The notes beneath the pieces were generated by a model, which had not been told where the DNA came from, made no database searches, and worked only from the letters and a program-made list of their open reading frames with translations. Made by a program: the position numbers and the translations under genes. Source: Octopus bimaculoides (taxonomy: Eukaryota). Taken from it: 64,000 nucleotides of DNA. This document shows, in pieces, positions 62,761 to 64,000 of this stretch (positions within the stretch are counted from its first letter, which is position 1; each line of letters starts with the position of its first letter). The stretch is taken from contig NC_068981.1 of the NCBI RefSeq assembly GCF_001194135.2, positions 120,740,407 to 120,804,406 of the forward strand. Reading direction: 5' to 3'.

Positions 62761-63374
62761 TTTGCATCTATTGCACAAATACTCCAACATGAAACTTAAA
62801 GTAGCACTTATTTAATCCATTGTTTCATTTGGATATAGTCCGGTGTGTTCCGATTGCTGCATTGCATCTCGTAGGATTATTGCTGCATGTTGGGATGTGC
62901 AGTATGATGTTCAGCTAGTTGCAGGTAACTGGGTATAACTGAGAAAATGAAACTGTGTGTCATGCTGCTCCCTTGTTCAATTAATTTCATGTACACCATA
63001 GCACTGCTTGATTAATGCTCACTTTGGGGTTACACAATAACAATATAGTAAATGGTGTTGGAAAGGGGAAGTAACACTGTTAGTAACAACAATAATAATG
63101 GCAACAAGATTAGCAAGCAGGAGGGAAAATAACAAATGCATCAACTACAGTAATTATAAGAGTAACAGAGACAAATTGGAGACAAACATAAACATTGAAA
63201 ACAATTAAGAGCAAGAGTAGCAGAAAGGAGCTGGTGAAATCAAGGAGTAAAACAAAAGTAGGAGAGGGGCTGGAAGGGACAAATAACGATATCAAGGTAG
63301 TTAAAAATGGATGGTAGGGCTGTGTAGGTGGGTGGGTTGTTGGAGGTGACAACAATAAGATAATTACAAGTGTA

Positions 63375-63410
<36 letters not shown>

Positions 63411-63774
63411 AAACTGTAGTAGCAAAGCAGTTGTTTTGATCTTTACTCAGTTGTTAAAATCGGCTGATCCATTGTTTGCATGCGTGCAGACACACGCACA
63501 CACGCACGCATGCACTTCTCACTCCCCTTATGTCTTTCATACTTCTTCAACCCATTCCCTTCAATCTTTCCTCACTAAAAACATTCATCCTCTCCTTGTC
63601 CCTTCTACAGTTCTCAATCTTAGTATGCATGTTATATATATAAATGAGTATGAACATGCACACAATCAAGTGCATGTATGTGTATCTATCTATCTATCTA
63701 TATATCTATATATCTATCTATCTATCTATCTATCTATCTACCTATATTGTGTGTATATATATATATATATAAAT

Positions 63775-63805
<31 letters not shown>

Positions 63806-63806
<1 letters not shown>

Positions 63807-64000
63807 CATCATCATCATCATCATCGTTTAACGTCCGCTTTCCATGCTAGCATGGGTTGGACGATTTGACTGAGGACTGGTGAAACCGGATGGCAACACC
63901 AGGCTCCAGTCTAATTTGGTAGAGTTTCTACAGCTGGATGGCCTTCCTAACGCCAACCACTCAGAGAGTGTAGTGGGTGCTTTTACGTGTCACCCGCACG
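63806..64000 (-). mobile_element. RTE LINE 3' end, cut by the window edge
   Basis: Near-identical to 21080 and 56557 copies. Confidence 0.9.

Larger units (their letters stand above)
1..64000. repeat. Dense dispersed microsatellites (TA)n, (CA/TG)n, (GA)n, (AAT)n, (CAT)n; largest at about 20930-21075, 21990-22190, 22400-22654, 45035-45770
   Basis: Directly visible; most N gaps abut these runs. Confidence 0.98.

Overview
AT-rich, microsatellite-dense animal genomic DNA with 13 assembly gaps (N runs). The repeat families (tRNA-derived SINEs with internal (TA)n/(TG)n, RTE LINE 3' ends with (GAT)n tails, TTAA MITEs) look like octopus; that assignment is an inference from recalled repeat consensus, not a search. 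I found no supportable host protein-coding exon, rRNA, intact tRNA or CRISPR array, so the window is probably intergenic or inside a very long intron. All recognisable coding sequence is decayed transposon: a Gypsy relic missing RT/RNaseH, two Tc1, one maT/DD37D-like and several mariner relics, an R4/Dong-type endonuclease end, many RTE 3' ends, and four Penelope-like element (PLE) remnants. The most interesting signals are: two different short tandem repeat families carrying minimal type I hammerhead-ribozyme folds (one with a tRNA-like head, one with an atypical CUGUUGA core); a PLE GIY-YIG endonuclease split by about 180 Asn/Ser-rich codons; and two long inverted-repeat (fold-back) structures at 52.9-55.7 kb.
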